A DNA stretch of 54,426 bases, filler included, from Sphacelaria rigidula (GCA_964200075.2; 4 parts of 4 records of this genome joined end to end with filler, not necessarily neighbours in it), one strand, 5' to 3'. Shown: positions 22,321 through 36,250, numbered from the whole stretch's first letter. The notes: generated from the letters alone by a model not told the origin. Made by a program: numbers and translations.

Positions 22321-23704
22321 GTAAAGTGTAAAGTGTGAAGTGTAGAGAGTGTCGAGCTCCATTGTGTATTGATGCTGGATGAAAATGATTGCCTGGTGGG
22401 GGATGGAGGGAGGTCAACGCGAAGGTTCCGCTTGATGATTTGAATCGAAATCACTTTCACTCGAAATTCAAGCATGAGACTTAGGTGAAGTTACCCTCGC
22501 GGGCAACTGCTCTCGAGTATCTTGAAAAGGGTTCATTCGCCTTTTCTTTGGCGCGGGACGTGTGACCTGTGGGCACGCGTTCTTTGTTGTCATTGGGATG
22601 TCGCCTCTTCAAATGCCCGATATATTATTCCTCAAGTAGGTTCGCTGTCTCACCGTCTCATGTCTAGTTTACTGCGATCAAAGCGTTCACCCTGTCGTTG
22701 CCTGAGTCGAAGCGTGGGCGTACATGCGAGTGTAATTGAATCTATCGGATCACGTCACTGAGAGTGGAAATGTCGCCTGAACATCCTTGAAGGCTGGTGC
22801 TTGAGGTGAAATTGATGCCGTGCTGAAACGAGGTATCAAAGATAGAAGGGTGAGGTATGCCATGTGTTGTTCGTGGTGTGCAGCGTCGCTTTGTCGGGTT
22901 TTATCTCGTCGTGTACCAAAGCCCGACGCAGCACCAATTTTATCAGTGCAGCCAGCCCTTTGATCGCCGGAGGCTGTCCATTTGTGAAAGAGGTGTTGTT
23001 TGCAGTTTTCATCAAATAAACCGCCTTCGGTGGTTCAAGAGTTTATCGCAGTACAAGTTTTTCGTGGTGAAAAACGTAAAAGAGGGTGGTGAGTCTGTAA
23101 TGTAGAGTCTCGTACTGTCCACAACTTCGAGTATCTTGTGAAAAGTCCCCGAAAACATGAAGCGATGTGCACTAAATTGACAACAATAGTGCTTTGAAAT
23201 ACGGACCCTCGAAATCCGCTAATACCAAGCAATGCGAATATGATCCCTAACGTGATCAGGGTACGTGTAGTAGGGTATAATGTCGGGTGTTTTTGCGTGT
23301 AGACATCCTCGATACCCCGAAAAGCGACTACTTTTTGACAGTTTGTACTTGACTTGAGATACCCGGGAATACTGACTATGTGGAGCAGTCGATCTTGTGA
23401 GTACCAGGAGTACTCTGCACATGCACTCAGTACTGTGATTACAATACCTAGTAGTTTAGTTATCGAAAGTTACTCCGTTGATGCTGTAGAAAGGCGTGAG
23501 CATGCTGCGTGTTGCGTCGGAGATACTGTGTACAACTTCAGTCCGTGACTCGTGGAGTATGACGCATTCTATGGTATACGCATCTTGGTGTGAACGGGTG
23601 GGGGTTTCAAGTTGGGTGGTGTATTGGAGGTGAAATCCACACGGGGTCGTTGCCAGATATTATAGCACACCAGTGGTAACACGTCCCGCCGCTGTAAAGG
23701 TGGA

Positions 23705-23897
23705 GGCAATGGCAGTGGCAATCTATATGATAGACGGGAGAGGGTCGGAGGGGCGCAAAACGTGCTCTCTCCTGCTGCGCAAACTCCAGTGACTCTCCCG
23801 CAGAACGGATTGCAATATTAAATTCAGGTTTATGTGGCCAATCCTACGCCGACGTCCTTGTGTCAGTGACGCTCGGCGCTTGAGCCGCATCCACATT
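23705..23897 (-). repeat. 3'-terminal fragment of a probable non-LTR retroelement, copy 2
   Basis: Near-identical to 14110-14310; tail ggcaatggcagtggcaat on the plus strand. Confidence 0.65.
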
Positions 23898-24418
23898 TGC
23901 TCCTTATCTCCTCCTCGAAGGCAAGTAGGCCGTCCCGGCTGCAGCAATTTGTCGTGTAGCGTTTCTTGGGGAAGTCCTTCATTTTTTCTTGTATTTTTCT
24001 TCACTGGGTGATTCCAAAGTTGATCTGACGGTCACTTCATCCTGTGCGTCGTTTTTGTGTCTGAACTCTCGTGGGAGTACGAGGAGAGCACCAGCGGAAC
24101 CGCGTTGTTGAGGTATATTTCACGTCGTCGTTCAATCAATTCACTCTATTTTATACCCCTTCACACGCCGGATTATAGTGACTCGAAGCCGTTTTGTAGA
24201 AAGTCCCCCCCCCCCCCTCCCCCCCTCCATCCCACTCCCGAGATTAATACGTACGCCCAAGAGATGAGCTCATCTCTTTCCGTCACCTTCCCTCTCTTGG
24301 ATACTAAGTGGTTGGTGGTGGTAGCTGTTGTGTCGGATCTCCGGCAGCTTATCAACTTTCTCATCTAATTATTTGTTTTCAATATATCGTTCTCAAATTG
24401 TTGTTGGTGTTTGTCCAG

Positions 24419-24487
24419 GTGATCATCAACTACCTGGTGGACCAGGCGGAAAAGAAAGCTACAGCCAGCCGAAAGAAAGCAGATCAG
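24419..24487 (+). CDS. EIF3A: eIF3a exon (VIINYLVDQAEKKATASRKKADQ)
   Basis: ccag acceptor, CAG|gtgaag donor, 69 nt, phase 0 to 0. Confidence 0.9.
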
Positions 24488-25034
24488 GTGAAGAGTTGCC
24501 CCACACATGAATTTTGATTATCTTGCGTACCAGATGAGCTTGTCGTGTAATGAGAGTCCCTTGTTCCGATCCCCTCCGACAGGGGCAGCTAGGGTCGGGG
24601 TCCTCGAAGCCAGGTCCATGCTTCATCATTCTGAAATACGTGTTCATGGTCGTGAGCTAAGGTTACGCTGTTTGGAACACGTCCGTGCCTTAAGAAGCCG
24701 CGTATACCTCCCTTACTAAACCTCGATGATTCCCGACATCGGTATGCCAGCTAGCTGCCCGTATCTCGACGTGTTCGTGAGGTGTAGCTGTGTTTCCTAG
24801 CATCATTTTCCCGTAGGAACAGTAGCAGCAAGTATTAGCCGATGGTGTCACACACTCGTGTCTTTTCATTTTCCCCATCCCGAAATTCTCTCTGCGACGG
24901 TAGTACCGGCTGTTTTACGTTGAGGACATCCACGTTGTGACTGGCCTAGTCCGTGACAGAGTGGTTGATGTATACAGCCATTTTATCCATGATGGTATCT
25001 GCGCCTCATTATTCCCCCCCTCTGGATTGAGCAG

Positions 25035-25273
25035 CTGTCATTGGTGGAGGCGGCCAAGGTGGGGGATCTGGAAGCTGAGGCAACGCCTGAGAGCATCATG
25101 CTTTCCACCATGACGGAGGAGGGAGAGAAGGAGCGCACCGACCGAGAGATGGTGGTGCCTTGGCTGAAGTTCTTGTGGGAGACGTACAGGGCTGTGCTGG
25201 ATATCTTGAAGACGAACTCGAAGCTGGAGCATGTGTACCACGCTACGTGCATCAAGGCCTTCAACTTTTGCCG
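25035..25273 (+). CDS. EIF3A: eIF3a exon (LSLVEAAKVGDLEAEATPESIMLSTMT...RTDREMVVPWLKFLWETYRAVLDILKTNSKLEHVYH...AFNFC)
   Basis: Diagnostic TPES..LS and R.DR....PW.KFLWE.YR..LD.L..NSKLE..Y motifs; gcag acceptor, CG|gtagg donor. Confidence 0.97.
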
Positions 25274-25882
25274 GTAGGTCTTGGTTGCCATAATATGGGA
25301 GAGCAGTCGCTGTTACTGGTCATTCCAGCTCTTAGTCTGATCATGGGGAACGGATCTATTCTCGAAAATGCGAGCAGAGAAAATGAAGGTACACCTGGAC
25401 TGTTGACACTGAGTTGAAATTGTCGACAATGAAAAAATAAAACTTGGTACTTGGTGACCTGAACTACAACCGGAGCAAAAATGGTCGCTCATATGTCCAC
25501 GTAAACCGCCATTCTCTTCATCTTTGGGATCTTGATGTCGGATTTTGTTGCACTGAAGCAGGAAGTAGACTGTAGTAGTGAGAAATATTATGGCATTACC
25601 GTGAGCGAATCTCGAATAAACCCGCGAACAGGCGGCTGTCCTAGCATGTGGCTCGACTTTTACTCCGTTGCTTCTCCCAACTGCAAGTGCGTTGATTAGA
25701 TGTTCCAATGGTGATCACGTATCCCTTCCCATGAGAATGATCTCGTGATGATCCTGGTATCCTGGTTGAATGACGAACGAGAATGTTGTCGAAATTCACG
25801 GCTCAAGTCGCTGGTGTGCATTTGTTGACAGCTGTTGCTCTTCTCCTGTTGCTGCCCTCCGCGCGTTCGGTGATGTTCGCAG

Positions 25883-25970
25883 CACCTACTCTCGTACTAC
25901 GGAACTGCGACGGCTGTGCGACACCCTTCGCCAGCACATCTCCAACCTCCAAAAACACTCCGCTGCTCAG
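25883..25970 (+). CDS. EIF3A: eIF3a exon (TYSRTTELRRLCDTLRQHISNLQKHSAAQ)
   Basis: Y.R.TE.RRLC..LR.H motif; phase 2 to 0; gcag and gtacta splice sites. Confidence 0.93.
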
Positions 25971-26479
25971 GTACTACAAATGGTCCAGGTTCCCCCCCAG
26001 TATATTTTTGGCGGCATAGTGCGATTTCACGATTTTGCCACTTCACTTTCTCGGTCCTTGATGTGCCATCTGTGGAATCCGCATCGTTTTCAGTTGAACA
26101 AGTCCAATCCACCTCAATAACCAACGGGTTTGAGAGCCAAAAGCGCGCGTACTTTTTAGTGTTTCATTGTCGTCATGGATTGCATTTGCGACCGGTCAAA
26201 GCGCCATCTTATTTGCGTACCTACACGGGGAGATGATGCCGCCAGCTGTAGCTGCCTTAGTCTGCGTACGTGATGGCAGCCGATTCTGACGATGCGACTT
26301 GATGTCCTGTTGTCCTGGTGGTCGCGTGTGAAATGTCGATTGAAGTTGCAAAACCTCATGGGTAGGGTAGTGTACCAGCGATGATTGACTTCGTGAAGAG
26401 CGTGATAATTTGGAAAGAATGAGGGTGTCATGTAAGATTTGTCACTCACTTCCATACATATTTTCTTCACCTGTTGCAG

Positions 26480-26736
26480 ACAACCAGCCGTCTGCGAGGA
26501 TGGGAAGGATGGAACAATGACAGTATCGAGCTGCATCTGCAAACGCGCTTCGCTCAGTTAGAAGCGGCCGCGGGTCTGGAGCTGTGGACGGAGGGGTTTC
26601 GTACGGTGGAGGACATTTACAACATAATGCAGATCGGCAAGAAAACGCCGAAGGCACGACTAATGGCCACCTACTACGAGAAACTCACGCGGATTTTTTG
26701 GGTCAGCGAGAACTACCTCTTCCACGCCTACGCCTG
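26480..26736 (+). CDS. EIF3A: eIF3a exon ([50 protein letters not shown]...[22 protein letters not shown]); gene continues beyond the contig
   Basis: L.TRF.QL..A..LELW.E.FR..EDI and YY.KL..IFW.S.N.LFHA.AW motifs; gcag and gtgagg splice sites. Confidence 0.97.
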
Positions 26737-27039
26737 GTGAGGCTATAATAGGGGCAAACACCACTGATGTTTCCCGTGGTTCGCCCACCGGCATTTGGTT
26801 TTATTTTTTCAAGCTTGAGCCGTGGGCCACCGGCGGTTGCATTCGGTTTTGAGATCAACGTGCGTGCAAACACGTGGGCGATTTGAGGGGCTGCGAGCAA
26901 CGTGTTTTGGGGTTGATGGATGAACACCGAGCTGGTAGTTTAATCACTGCCGCAGGGTGAATTTATGGTGCAGTACTTGCACGTTTGGTGAGTCAGAGGA
27001 GATGCCCCTTCCATCCTCTAACTAGACCGTTTTTCTCGG

Positions 27040-27165
27040 GAGTGTTGTGTGTGTGTTTTGTCGTCCCATTTATTCTGGGCGCCAGTCCACACCTTTTGGT
27101 ATATGTGGGCACATCAGCCGGGGTCACACAGGAGAAAGGTCAACGCAGGAGCTTTTTCTTTTTTC
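27040..27165 (+). repeat. Short interspersed repeat (same family as 10150-10413), truncated at the contig end
   Basis: gtgttgtgtgtgtgttttgtcgtcccatttattctgggcgccagtccacacc..gccggggtcacacaggagaaagg. Confidence 0.75.
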
Positions 27166-27265
27166 NNNNNNNNNNNNNNNNNNNNNNNNNNNNNNNNNNN
27201 NNNNNNNNNTTAATTAATTAANNNNNNNNNNNNNNNNNNNNNNNNNNNNNNNNNNNNNNNNNNNN
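27166..27265. other. Artificial contig-joining spacer
   Basis: Same 100-nt N44-TTAATTAATTAA-N44 structure (core 27210-27221). Confidence 0.97.
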
Positions 27266-27390
27266 TCATGCCGATTGACATCGTTTCGAACCAAATACAA
27301 GCGCACCGCGAGTGTGGCAGGTCGTCTGACACACTTATAAGCCTCTTTTTTCGTGCAACCAAATACCCCCCCTCCTATCGTAGGATGACT

Positions 27391-28651
27391 CAGTTCGTCC
27401 ACCTTGGTGAAGCCATCAGCGCGGATGCGAGAATGTCCATCGAAATCGACCGCCGTATCAGCGCGGCGTGGGCGCGCATCCGAAAATATAGCTCCCAACT
27501 GTACGACCGACACGGGTGGCCACTGGGATGCCTGTAACCTCAAATTTGGACGTTACAGACCTTGCGCAACGTCTGTAACGTCCAAATTTGAGGTTGAAGG
27601 CACCCCAGTGGCCACCCGTGGACCCCACGCCGAGCTATCCTTGAAAGTTCGACTGCTTAAAGTAGAGGTGGTAGAGGCTCTGTTGTATGGGTGTGCTACA
27701 TGGACGCTACGTTCTGAGGACCTCGACAGTCTGCGCACTGCCCATCACAGGCTCTATCTGCGGCGGTTGGTTCCACAGAAACGATCGAAATGGCTGCAAG
27801 ACTGTTTCCTACAGAGCGGTGCTCGAGATGACCAACTGCGAACGTGTCGAGACGTCTACCCGCAAACGTCAACTCTGGTTCGCGGGAGCCCTTGTCCGGC
27901 AGAAAGACACACGCCTTCCCAAGAGTGTCATGAACGGTCGATTTTGCATACGAGGACCCAATCAGGTCGGCCGCCCCCTCAAGCAATGGGAGGATACCCT
28001 AAAGGAGAACCTACGTGCGCTAGGGGCTGTCCCGCACAAAGGAGCCCGATGAAAGTGGTTCGTCTACGGTGTAGAGGTTAATGATGCATACGATTGGGTC
28101 ACTGCGGCGAAGAACATGGGCAAATGGCATATTGGAGTCGAAGAGGGAGCGGAGGAGTTTGAGGACACGTGGCGACTCGCGGACGAGCGAGAATCAGCAC
28201 GCCCTCACAAGCGAGAGGCTGCTGCGTCGAGGGCTGCCAATCGAAGAATTCCCGTCTGCTCATATCGGTTGTTGATTATGTCCTTAGGCGGTGTCTCTGC
28301 GGTGCCCACTGGTGTGTGTCTGTATCTACTCCGCTGCCCTGAATCCCTTGGGCATCTTCCTTTTCTTCATCGTCTTACTGTTTTTATTCTATTCCCTCTT
28401 CACGTTCCTTTTTTTCCCCCTTTTTGCTTTTTACGTCGGCCATTTTTTCTGTGCTTTGTTTGTGTTGACTTTTTTATTACTCTGTTTTTGTTATACGACT
28501 TAGTCTGCTATGTCGTTCTGCTCGACTTTTCTTTTCTGTTCCTTCTTTTCTTCAGAGCGTGTTTAAGTCTCGTTTTTCTTGGGTCCGTCTATCATGAGAC
28601 CACAGGTGAATCCCTGGGGGGTTAGTTAAAGTGCGACAATCAAATCATCAA
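27391..28651 (+). mobile_element. Decayed RTE-like non-LTR retrotransposon, 3' part (region C-terminal to the RT, 3' UTR and CAAT-type tail)
   Basis: QFVHLG..IS.....SIEIDRRISAAW; LSLKVRLLKVEVVEALLYGCATWTL; KRQLWFAGALVRQKDTRLPKSVMNG; GRPLKQWEDTLKENLRALG; WVTAAK..GKW. Frameshifted; pyrimidine-rich UTR ending aaagtgcgacaatcaaatcatcaa. Confidence 0.85.
27511..27620. mobile_element. 110-bp near-perfect palindromic MITE inserted in the LINE ORF
   Basis: 50-bp arms cacgggtggccactggg..aacctcaaatttggacgttacagac and its reverse complement. Flanked by a GA duplication (27509-10 and 27621-22); removing it restores LYDRP.AELSLKVRLL. Confidence 0.88.
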
Positions 28652-28721
28652 GACCGCGCACCAGGCGTCCGTCACCATATGTTGTCATTGACTAGGATCT
28701 CCAACGCAGGCCACACCTACA

Positions 28722-29099
28722 TTGGGTCAAAGTGACCGCTTCCGGGTTGAGTTGAAATCAGGCAACACCCTGAATATCCCCAGTGAGCACAGACTCCTCA
28801 CAGTACACGCCCATCGTGTAGGTCCTGATAGTAATGACAAGCATGCGTCAGCATGCGCTGTGATTGCCCCGGGGGCACCATCTAACCCCCGACTTGTTGA
28901 TATCAACGACACCCACTGTTCTCATACGCACGCCCACGAGGACCTACTCCGGCAGACCGCCAAGCAGCTCGGAGTGGAGCTGAGCGGCAAGATGAGACCC
29001 TGCCGGGGATGCTCGGAAGGGAAAGGACCACGACGGCCCATCCCAAGATCAACACACACGAGCACACGAGATCCCGACGCCCGGCGGAGCGAGGGATGA
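28722..29099 (+). mobile_element. Ty1/Copia remnant (GAG-pre-integrase zinc-binding region)
   Basis: VDINDTHCSHTHAHEDLLRQTAKQLGVELSGKMRPCRGCSEGKGPRRPIPR, an HHCC-type motif. Confidence 0.75.
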
Positions 29100-32000
29100 C
29101 CACATCGGAGGAGGGCCGGCCGGAAGCGAGTCCGTGGAGCAAACCCCAACCGTGGGCGCTCCACATGCGGTTCTCGTCGCGTGTCGTTCTTGCTAACCAA
29201 CTCCGAAGGGAGGGCAGACGACATCACACCGCGAACCCCCGCTGATGGCGGAGGCACACGTGTGACACTCCTTTCAGATATGATATGTGACAAATGTGGG
29301 GGTACTTGGGAAACATCGTCCGAAATGAAATATGTAGAATACTACTCAGGGGTACTGTAGTACATCTTTCCCTGTTTAGAATCGAAATTCCCTTGCTTGA
29401 ATGGTCTATACCCGTTACAATGGACGACTGCTTCTCAACAAAACCATTCGTCCCTCCAGGACTTTCCCTACGCGCTAATCCTACCCCCCACAGTTGTCAC
29501 AACTCATATCTGAAAGGAGTGTGCCAGCACTTTCGCTAGGCAGTTCAGACCCCCTTTGGGACCTAGAGAAGAGATGATTTCGATAAACCGTACAATTGAC
29601 CCTGAGCACCACTGTACAGTACTGCATTTCTGGAGGGTGTCGCAGGCGGTAGGCTCGCGAACCCGGTGGCGGGAGAGATGGAGTCGTGTTTCTCCCGCAC
29701 ACCTCCTCTAGCGAAAAACTGAGCACTGCTGCAAGTAAGTGATAAAGCACATCTTCTACATATATAAACATAGTTGTTGTGCAAAGGTACGAAAATGACG
29801 GCGAGTGAAGCGTGGTTGTATGTGCTGGATTTTTTGCCACCTCATCTCCCAATGTGCTGCGAGTTCTCAAAACAAAAAGGGGTCGCAACCACCGCGATGC
29901 AGCGACGCAGCCCACCACGACACCAGTTCCTAACTCTTCCAGGAACTAAGTGACCATGCAAGGCGTGATAGCTGGTTCAGACTGGATGAAGCACCTCTCA
30001 TGGGCGCTACTGGCGAAACAACCCCAAGCGTCGGAGTTTCCACAATCTCTCGTTGTGTGTGTGTCCAGTTTTGTTTTTGCTCGTTTCACCCCAATGACTG
30101 CATCTGTATTTCCCCCCGGGGCTGCCAGGAGCTTAGTAGACGTTACAGAGGTGCGGTAGCTCACGCTTTTTTCTGCACAGCAGGGGACTACCTCGCTGCT
30201 ACATTTTGCCTGCTCTTCACTTCAAAAATATGCTTGCACGCAAACGGACAGCACTGTACTTACGTCGGCGGTAGTTGCTCGACGGGGACATCGCCTTGCT
30301 ATGTGTCCTGTAGCGCTTAGAGGTATGTCCTGTTCAAAAGATACCGCACTATGACAGTGGTTTTCCTGTTGAACTGCTCATCATGCTAGGGCTACCGTAC
30401 AGAAACTTCTGGCTTAGGGTTACATGGCCGAAACCGCTTGCGTATCCCGAGCCTATTGGACAAAACAAATGAAATTTCGATGGTGACTTCAACCTCACCC
30501 AAATACTGGACCTCAAAAAAGGATCCAGGCTGTTTTGGTACCGTACTGGACTCTACAATACCGTCCAGGACAGCACCATACCGTGCAGATACGTGTGGTG
30601 GCCTATATACTACAGAGTTGACACGGCGGCATGCGCTATACGTGTGGCTATACAATGTGGATGCCTGTCGGTTTAAATTCAGATGTATGGAGGTGTTATA
30701 TACCGCCATGCAGCTGAGTACGAGGCAGATCGACGCGTTTTATGTAGATCGCCCATGTGGATGACCACTAAGCGCGGGCAACAGGGGGGCAGATGTGTTC
30801 ACCCAATGCTGGCTATAAGACGTATCGGGAGAGAAACGCTTCAACAGCACATAACAGTGTTATGTGATGGGTACCCTGCAGTTTCTAAAGTTGTTCGTCC
30901 GGATACACGGACCGGCGGGTACTAGAGTTGTATATCTTTGGCGAATATTTCAGCGGCTTGTAAATGCCGCACGAGCCAGCTGTTGGTTGATACGTACATA
31001 GTTGGATGCTATCGTATAGGATGACGTGGAATTATTGGAGTTCAACGGCAGATATATACGCAAGCTTATTTGAAGTTGCTTAGCTACGTTTCTGAGTTAT
31101 GACTTGGATGAAGTTATGTTTGGGATTGAGCATGATGGGTTCCCCACGAGGGAGCCCCCTGTTCGCACTCTTCTCACTGCATAAAGCCTCAAAGTAACAA
31201 AGGATAAATCAACACTTCGGCAGCGTCTGATAGACTCCAACTACTCCCTTTCTGCGGAGATTGAGCCTCAGGATCCAAGGAGACTCTTACGTAAGTCTTC
31301 CCTGAATGTAATATACACCTTTTGTTCTGCTTACTTCTCTACTGGCATCCATCTGTTCATTGGTGGAGCAGCTGAGCTTACATCAACTGTAGCTTGTATT
31401 ACAATTGGAAAGTCATTGATCCTGTAGACACCCGACATCACCACCCTGCGTCAAGCAGCAAAGATGACAATCCACCCTTCATGTAACATTCGGGGCTCAG
31501 CTGAAGCTTTTTTTTTGTTTCGCGTGTTACAGCTGCTGTACTGCTGCTGCGGTCGACCCTGTCTGTTGTCTGATTTTGGGGTCACTCAAGTGTTTTTTCG
31601 GTACATTTTTCTGTAGATACATATTTTCGGCACTTGATCAATCATACTGTACATACAGTCGAGTGCAGCACTCATTTTTTCTGTTGTAGAGCACACTCGT
31701 CCGCTCGGCTCTTTGTTGGTTGCACACAGCCTTCGCGATGAGCAAAGCTGTGTCGCTGTTGCTTCGGCCTTGTAGGTGCTTGGTCGGTGCTTCGCATTTC
31801 CTTGCGGCCCATTTGTTGTTTTGGTTAACTACACAGCTGCGCGCGACCCCTCTTGTTTCGACAGCCGGGGTGGAGACCATGCAGTTCTCGGATTGTGTGT
31901 TGATCTTCAACACAAACGAGCTCTATGATCTATGTTGTGCAAGAACCACCCCCCCCCCCCGCGCACCCCTCCCCCCTTTGTTTTTGATAGCCGCGGTGTT

Positions 32001-35000
32001 TGACATACCGAAATCTATGGTATATCTGTACCAGACCCGCCCCCCGCCATGCCGCCCCCTTCTCCTTTCACGCTGTGCGCACTGCACCGCTTGCAATTGT
32101 TTCTTCACAAGCGGGACAACTACCGTTGGTGAAACATTTTACTGCATGCTGCAGCTTCCAGCACGTCGTCTGTACTGTTACGAGTTGTCAAGAATCTTCA
32201 CGATATTGGTGCAGGCACTGAAACTTGCGGTACTGATCGCCTACGACAGCGGCCATGGACGGTGTGTCTCCACTCGATTGTAGTGTATAGCGTAGTACAA
32301 CACCACAACTGCGTATTGTCTGTGCTGTATCACCCCCCAACTTTTTCATTCCGCAGTACACGTGATCTTACTGTCCGCTATCATATCGTTTGTCGATACG
32401 ATACCGTACTGTACTAAGTCATACTGTCTGTGCTTCGTCTGTACTGTACTATAGATACGGTATTTTTTGGGGTCGCCGGTGTATTGCGCTTGTCCGCCTG
32501 TATTGCATGTCACCCAACTTCCACCTCAGCTAATTGCAGCGGACCTCACGATCCTGCCGACGGTCCCGTCAGCTGGACAGTACATCGGAGGGTCGGGATT
32601 TTGCCAACGTTCAGTTGTGAATCGCGCTAGCTACTGTATTTCATGTTGCCAAACCTTCCCAAGCGCTCGTACAGGGTTTGGCGGGTTGATGTTGATGTTT
32701 GCTGTGCCTCGTGAGTACAGATTTGTTTTTTCATGGCGGCATGGTTGAATATTCGGTATCTCTGAACAGTGCTTCATGAAGCGGTCATCTTATGCCAGGC
32801 ACTATTGAGATTGTGTCGTACACCCATTTTTGTTTTCTGAGGTTTTTGCGATATTTTCTTCATTTTCTGCGTTCACCTCGCCTCAACACCTCATTAATCA
32901 GATGGCAGGCCGAGTAAGTGTGCGGGGTGCACTAAGCTGCATATCTTCAGCGACGGTACCAACCACCGTCGTGATCACCAGTCAATCCTCTCCTTGGCTT
33001 TTCGCACCATGAAATTGGCGATAAGCACATAAAAAATAATGCACGTTCACGGACCTCATCGAAACACCGATGTGGAACCGTTACGTCGACCGTCCTTTGA
33101 ACTGACTATATCCGCCCCTGTAAGGATACATGTCAATGTTGTGGCATTTGGTTTCATGAAGATTCTGGGTATACCGCGACCGATTGCGTACCTATACATT
33201 TGATGCGCACCTGTGAGAAGCTTTTCACAAACGCGTTCGGTGTGCTCAGATTATTTTCTTTTGACCAAATCCTCACAATATGGTCGCATACGTTAAAACC
33301 GTCGCCCTCAACATCGCGATTCGCGCGGTTCAAACAACCACCCCCGATTTGATATTGAAACAACGGTAGTGATCACAGCAATCTCAACCGACAGCGCGAT
33401 AAGTTGTATTTTTAGGCTCGGGCGCAAAGGCTTTTGGCCCAAGCCTACCAATATATCATTCTGGCGCTTTTCACTCGTTTGCGCAGGGTCAACCATATGA
33501 CGGCACACGCCCCCTTGTGATTGGACTTGCACAACAGTTGAGCCCCGCCAGATTGATTTCTGTCCCTCCACTGATGCTCACGCGCCACTTGACGATGTTT
33601 TGGAAATTACCAAACCCCGCGTTTTCAAGTAAGCGTACAGCGAGGCGATTCAGAGTGTACCGCTGTCTCAAAATTAGGCCGTCGTCCTCTGCCCGTTTTG
33701 AATACCCTTCGCGTTCATTCCTCAATGTCTGTCACAGACCCACATTAGGGAACCAACGATCGGAAGTCTCCCCCCTTTTCATTCGTTCGGCCAGTAGACA
33801 CTCATCACAAAACTGAATCAATGTCGTACGGCACAGGTTCAGGTTTGTGGTGCGGATACACTGGGCTCGATCAGACTGTCATGATGCGTTCCATGGCAGC
33901 ATAATCCCGTGCATCGTTACATGATTCCCAATTGCGCAGCGACCAATCCCAGTGTTTTTATTCTAGAGCTGATCACCTAGTTTTACCTCCGAGTGGTATT
34001 AATCATAGCCAGTCAGTTGGATCCTTTCTCCCCGCGGGATCGGCAGTCATGTAGTGTAACACCTCCCGCCTCCGAAGCAATTACATCATTTGTCGCGGTA
34101 GCTGTTACCCCCGCCACTATTCATTGGGGGACAAAGCAATCAAGGCCACACACCAGCCCCCAAACATGCTTGGGTGCCAAGCCGACCCCTGTTACACCCA
34201 CGAACGAAATAACGTCGGTGTCCGGTCCCCTTTTATTTGGTGAGCGTAACTTTTCGAGCACGGAGCGCAACCGTGTCGAACCCGGCTTTCCATTGCTCAG
34301 CGGGTTGGGAAGGAACCCTAAGCACAGCGCCGGTGGAGCGCCACGAGCGTGACCGAGGGCGGACTGTCCTTGACCAATTCCCAATAGCCCCCGGAGCAGC
34401 CGAACCTTTGGTGCGCTATACGCGTCACCCTCGGCGGGCTCCTCCGGGTGACCATATAGATATTCCTGATGGCACAGTTGCACCCGTCCACCGAAGTCGT
34501 GAACGGGTGTGGGTTTCATCAGATTAAAGCGATTCTGTCGATCAGGCCGGTGTTTCCCAGATTTCGAACAGATCAGCACTGCTCCCTGTCGACCCCTCAC
34601 ACAATATGTTAGAACCCACCTCTAAAATAGCGTTGTCATCTCTTGGGTCAGATACCTCGCTGTCAATTGGGCGTTCGCCTCCTTGACATGAAAACCTCCC
34701 GTCTAGCTCTTCATCACAAGGAAAACGTGGTGTAGTGACCGACGAGCCGTCCACGCTTGACTGTTCGTCCCCTATTTTACCAACGTCGTCCCCCACTAAG
34801 ACGGGTAGCGAATTAACTACTGTGGTCAACTCGCCTCCACCCTTTGACAAAGTGTCCCCTTGTTTGCCCCCACTTCATGCCGTACCTTTGCCAGCTTCGC
34901 AAACAGACCCTTCGCCACTTGTTGCGGCCGACCGAGGTATTTTAAACCAACCCCATCAGTTGTCGCGGCCAGCCACGACAACTGCCCTCCCCAGGCATCG

Positions 35001-35258
35001 TCCATCCCTTACAATATACGAAATTCAACACTCGACAGATCCTCCACCAACTGCGACTGACACTCCGTGCCCCAACCCACCTGCGGACAGAAATCTTGCT
35101 TAAAAAAATCACCAACGTGTGTATTTTAGCACAGACGCTCACAATCACAAGAACGGTTTATCCACAGATTTCTTTCCAGAATTTGGACCGGATCTAGTCA
35201 GCGGTACTGCAATCATGGATGATGCCTCCTTCACAACGATATAGGTGTACATAGTAGA

Positions 35259-36089
35259 ATGCACGCAACATGCCTTTTGTTAGCTGTTGCGTTGCCCGAT
35301 TCAGGCTCGCCTCAAAGGTTCATCACCGCCAGCTGCTGGCAACAAATGATCAACGCGGGGGCTGCGGACGCACATTGCGTTTCTACGGTCTGCCCTCGTG
35401 TTATAGGCGGGTTTGGTGCTTCCACTTCCCTTACGGTTGATCGATCAGTGAAACTTAGTGTGCAAGTTTTCGATGACACGGGTCCGACTGCGCGATTATC
35501 CGTATGGGCTCTCATAGTGTCCGATGCTTCCATGTCGGTTGATGTTTCACTGGGGCGTGATAGTTGGCTAGGGTTCTCCACTCATACGTACACGTCAGAC
35601 ACACCCGTTCCGCACCATCCCAAGACTGGCAGGTTGAAATTGGGATGCCACGACACTGCTTCGGGGGCGCATGCCTATGTCGATGATCCAACACAAACAG
35701 GTGATGCCTTCCGACTGTACTACGTTGGTGACAACGTAACCTCCTTAACCCTTGAACCCCAACTCATACATGTGAACCTTGTGAGACGGAACGGATCCCC
35801 TGCCCTCACTGGGCAATACTTGGTCGAACTCATCAACCCCAATCAACCGGCTGATGATGTAAGCACCTTCGATCAGACCGAAGTGTTCGTTCACGAAGGT
35901 AGACAATCCATTCTTCTCACGTCCTCTGCATGTTTCGGTTTACTTCCCGGTCTGTTGTTAGGTTTTGCTCAGGCGCCCCTCCTACGGACAGATTTGTCAA
36001 ACGTGTGTCTGGCAACCGAACGGAATTGCCACCAGACACCTCGATTAACGCGGAATCTCCGCCGTTCGACAAATATCGCCCGATGGTAG
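35259..36089 (+). pseudogene. Gypsy aspartic protease region
   Basis: ALPDSGS catalytic motif and downstream DVSLGRDSW flap motif. Confidence 0.7.
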
Positions 36090-36250
36090 TGGACGATGCG
36101 TCTAACGCACCTGACCCAAACCCCCCGACTGCATTGCTCGATAAATTATCGCCAGAGCAACGTGTTAGTCTCCAACGTTTATGGGACGATATTCCCCCAC
36201 ATTTGCGACACATTGCTTTTGATCTATCTGGTGAAGATTGAACCCCCACG

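Noticed and set aside
26235-26290. ATGATG...CTGA in a downstream eIF3a intron as a snoRNA
   Set aside because: Short, with no recognisable rRNA complement and no terminal stem.
12446-26736. XPG-eIF3a fusion gene or eIF3a nested in XPG
   Set aside because: They are separated by an artificial spacer between unrelated contigs.
31450-32900. 5' LTR of the Gypsy element
   Set aside because: No matching 3' copy or clear TG...CA/PBS boundary found within the contig.
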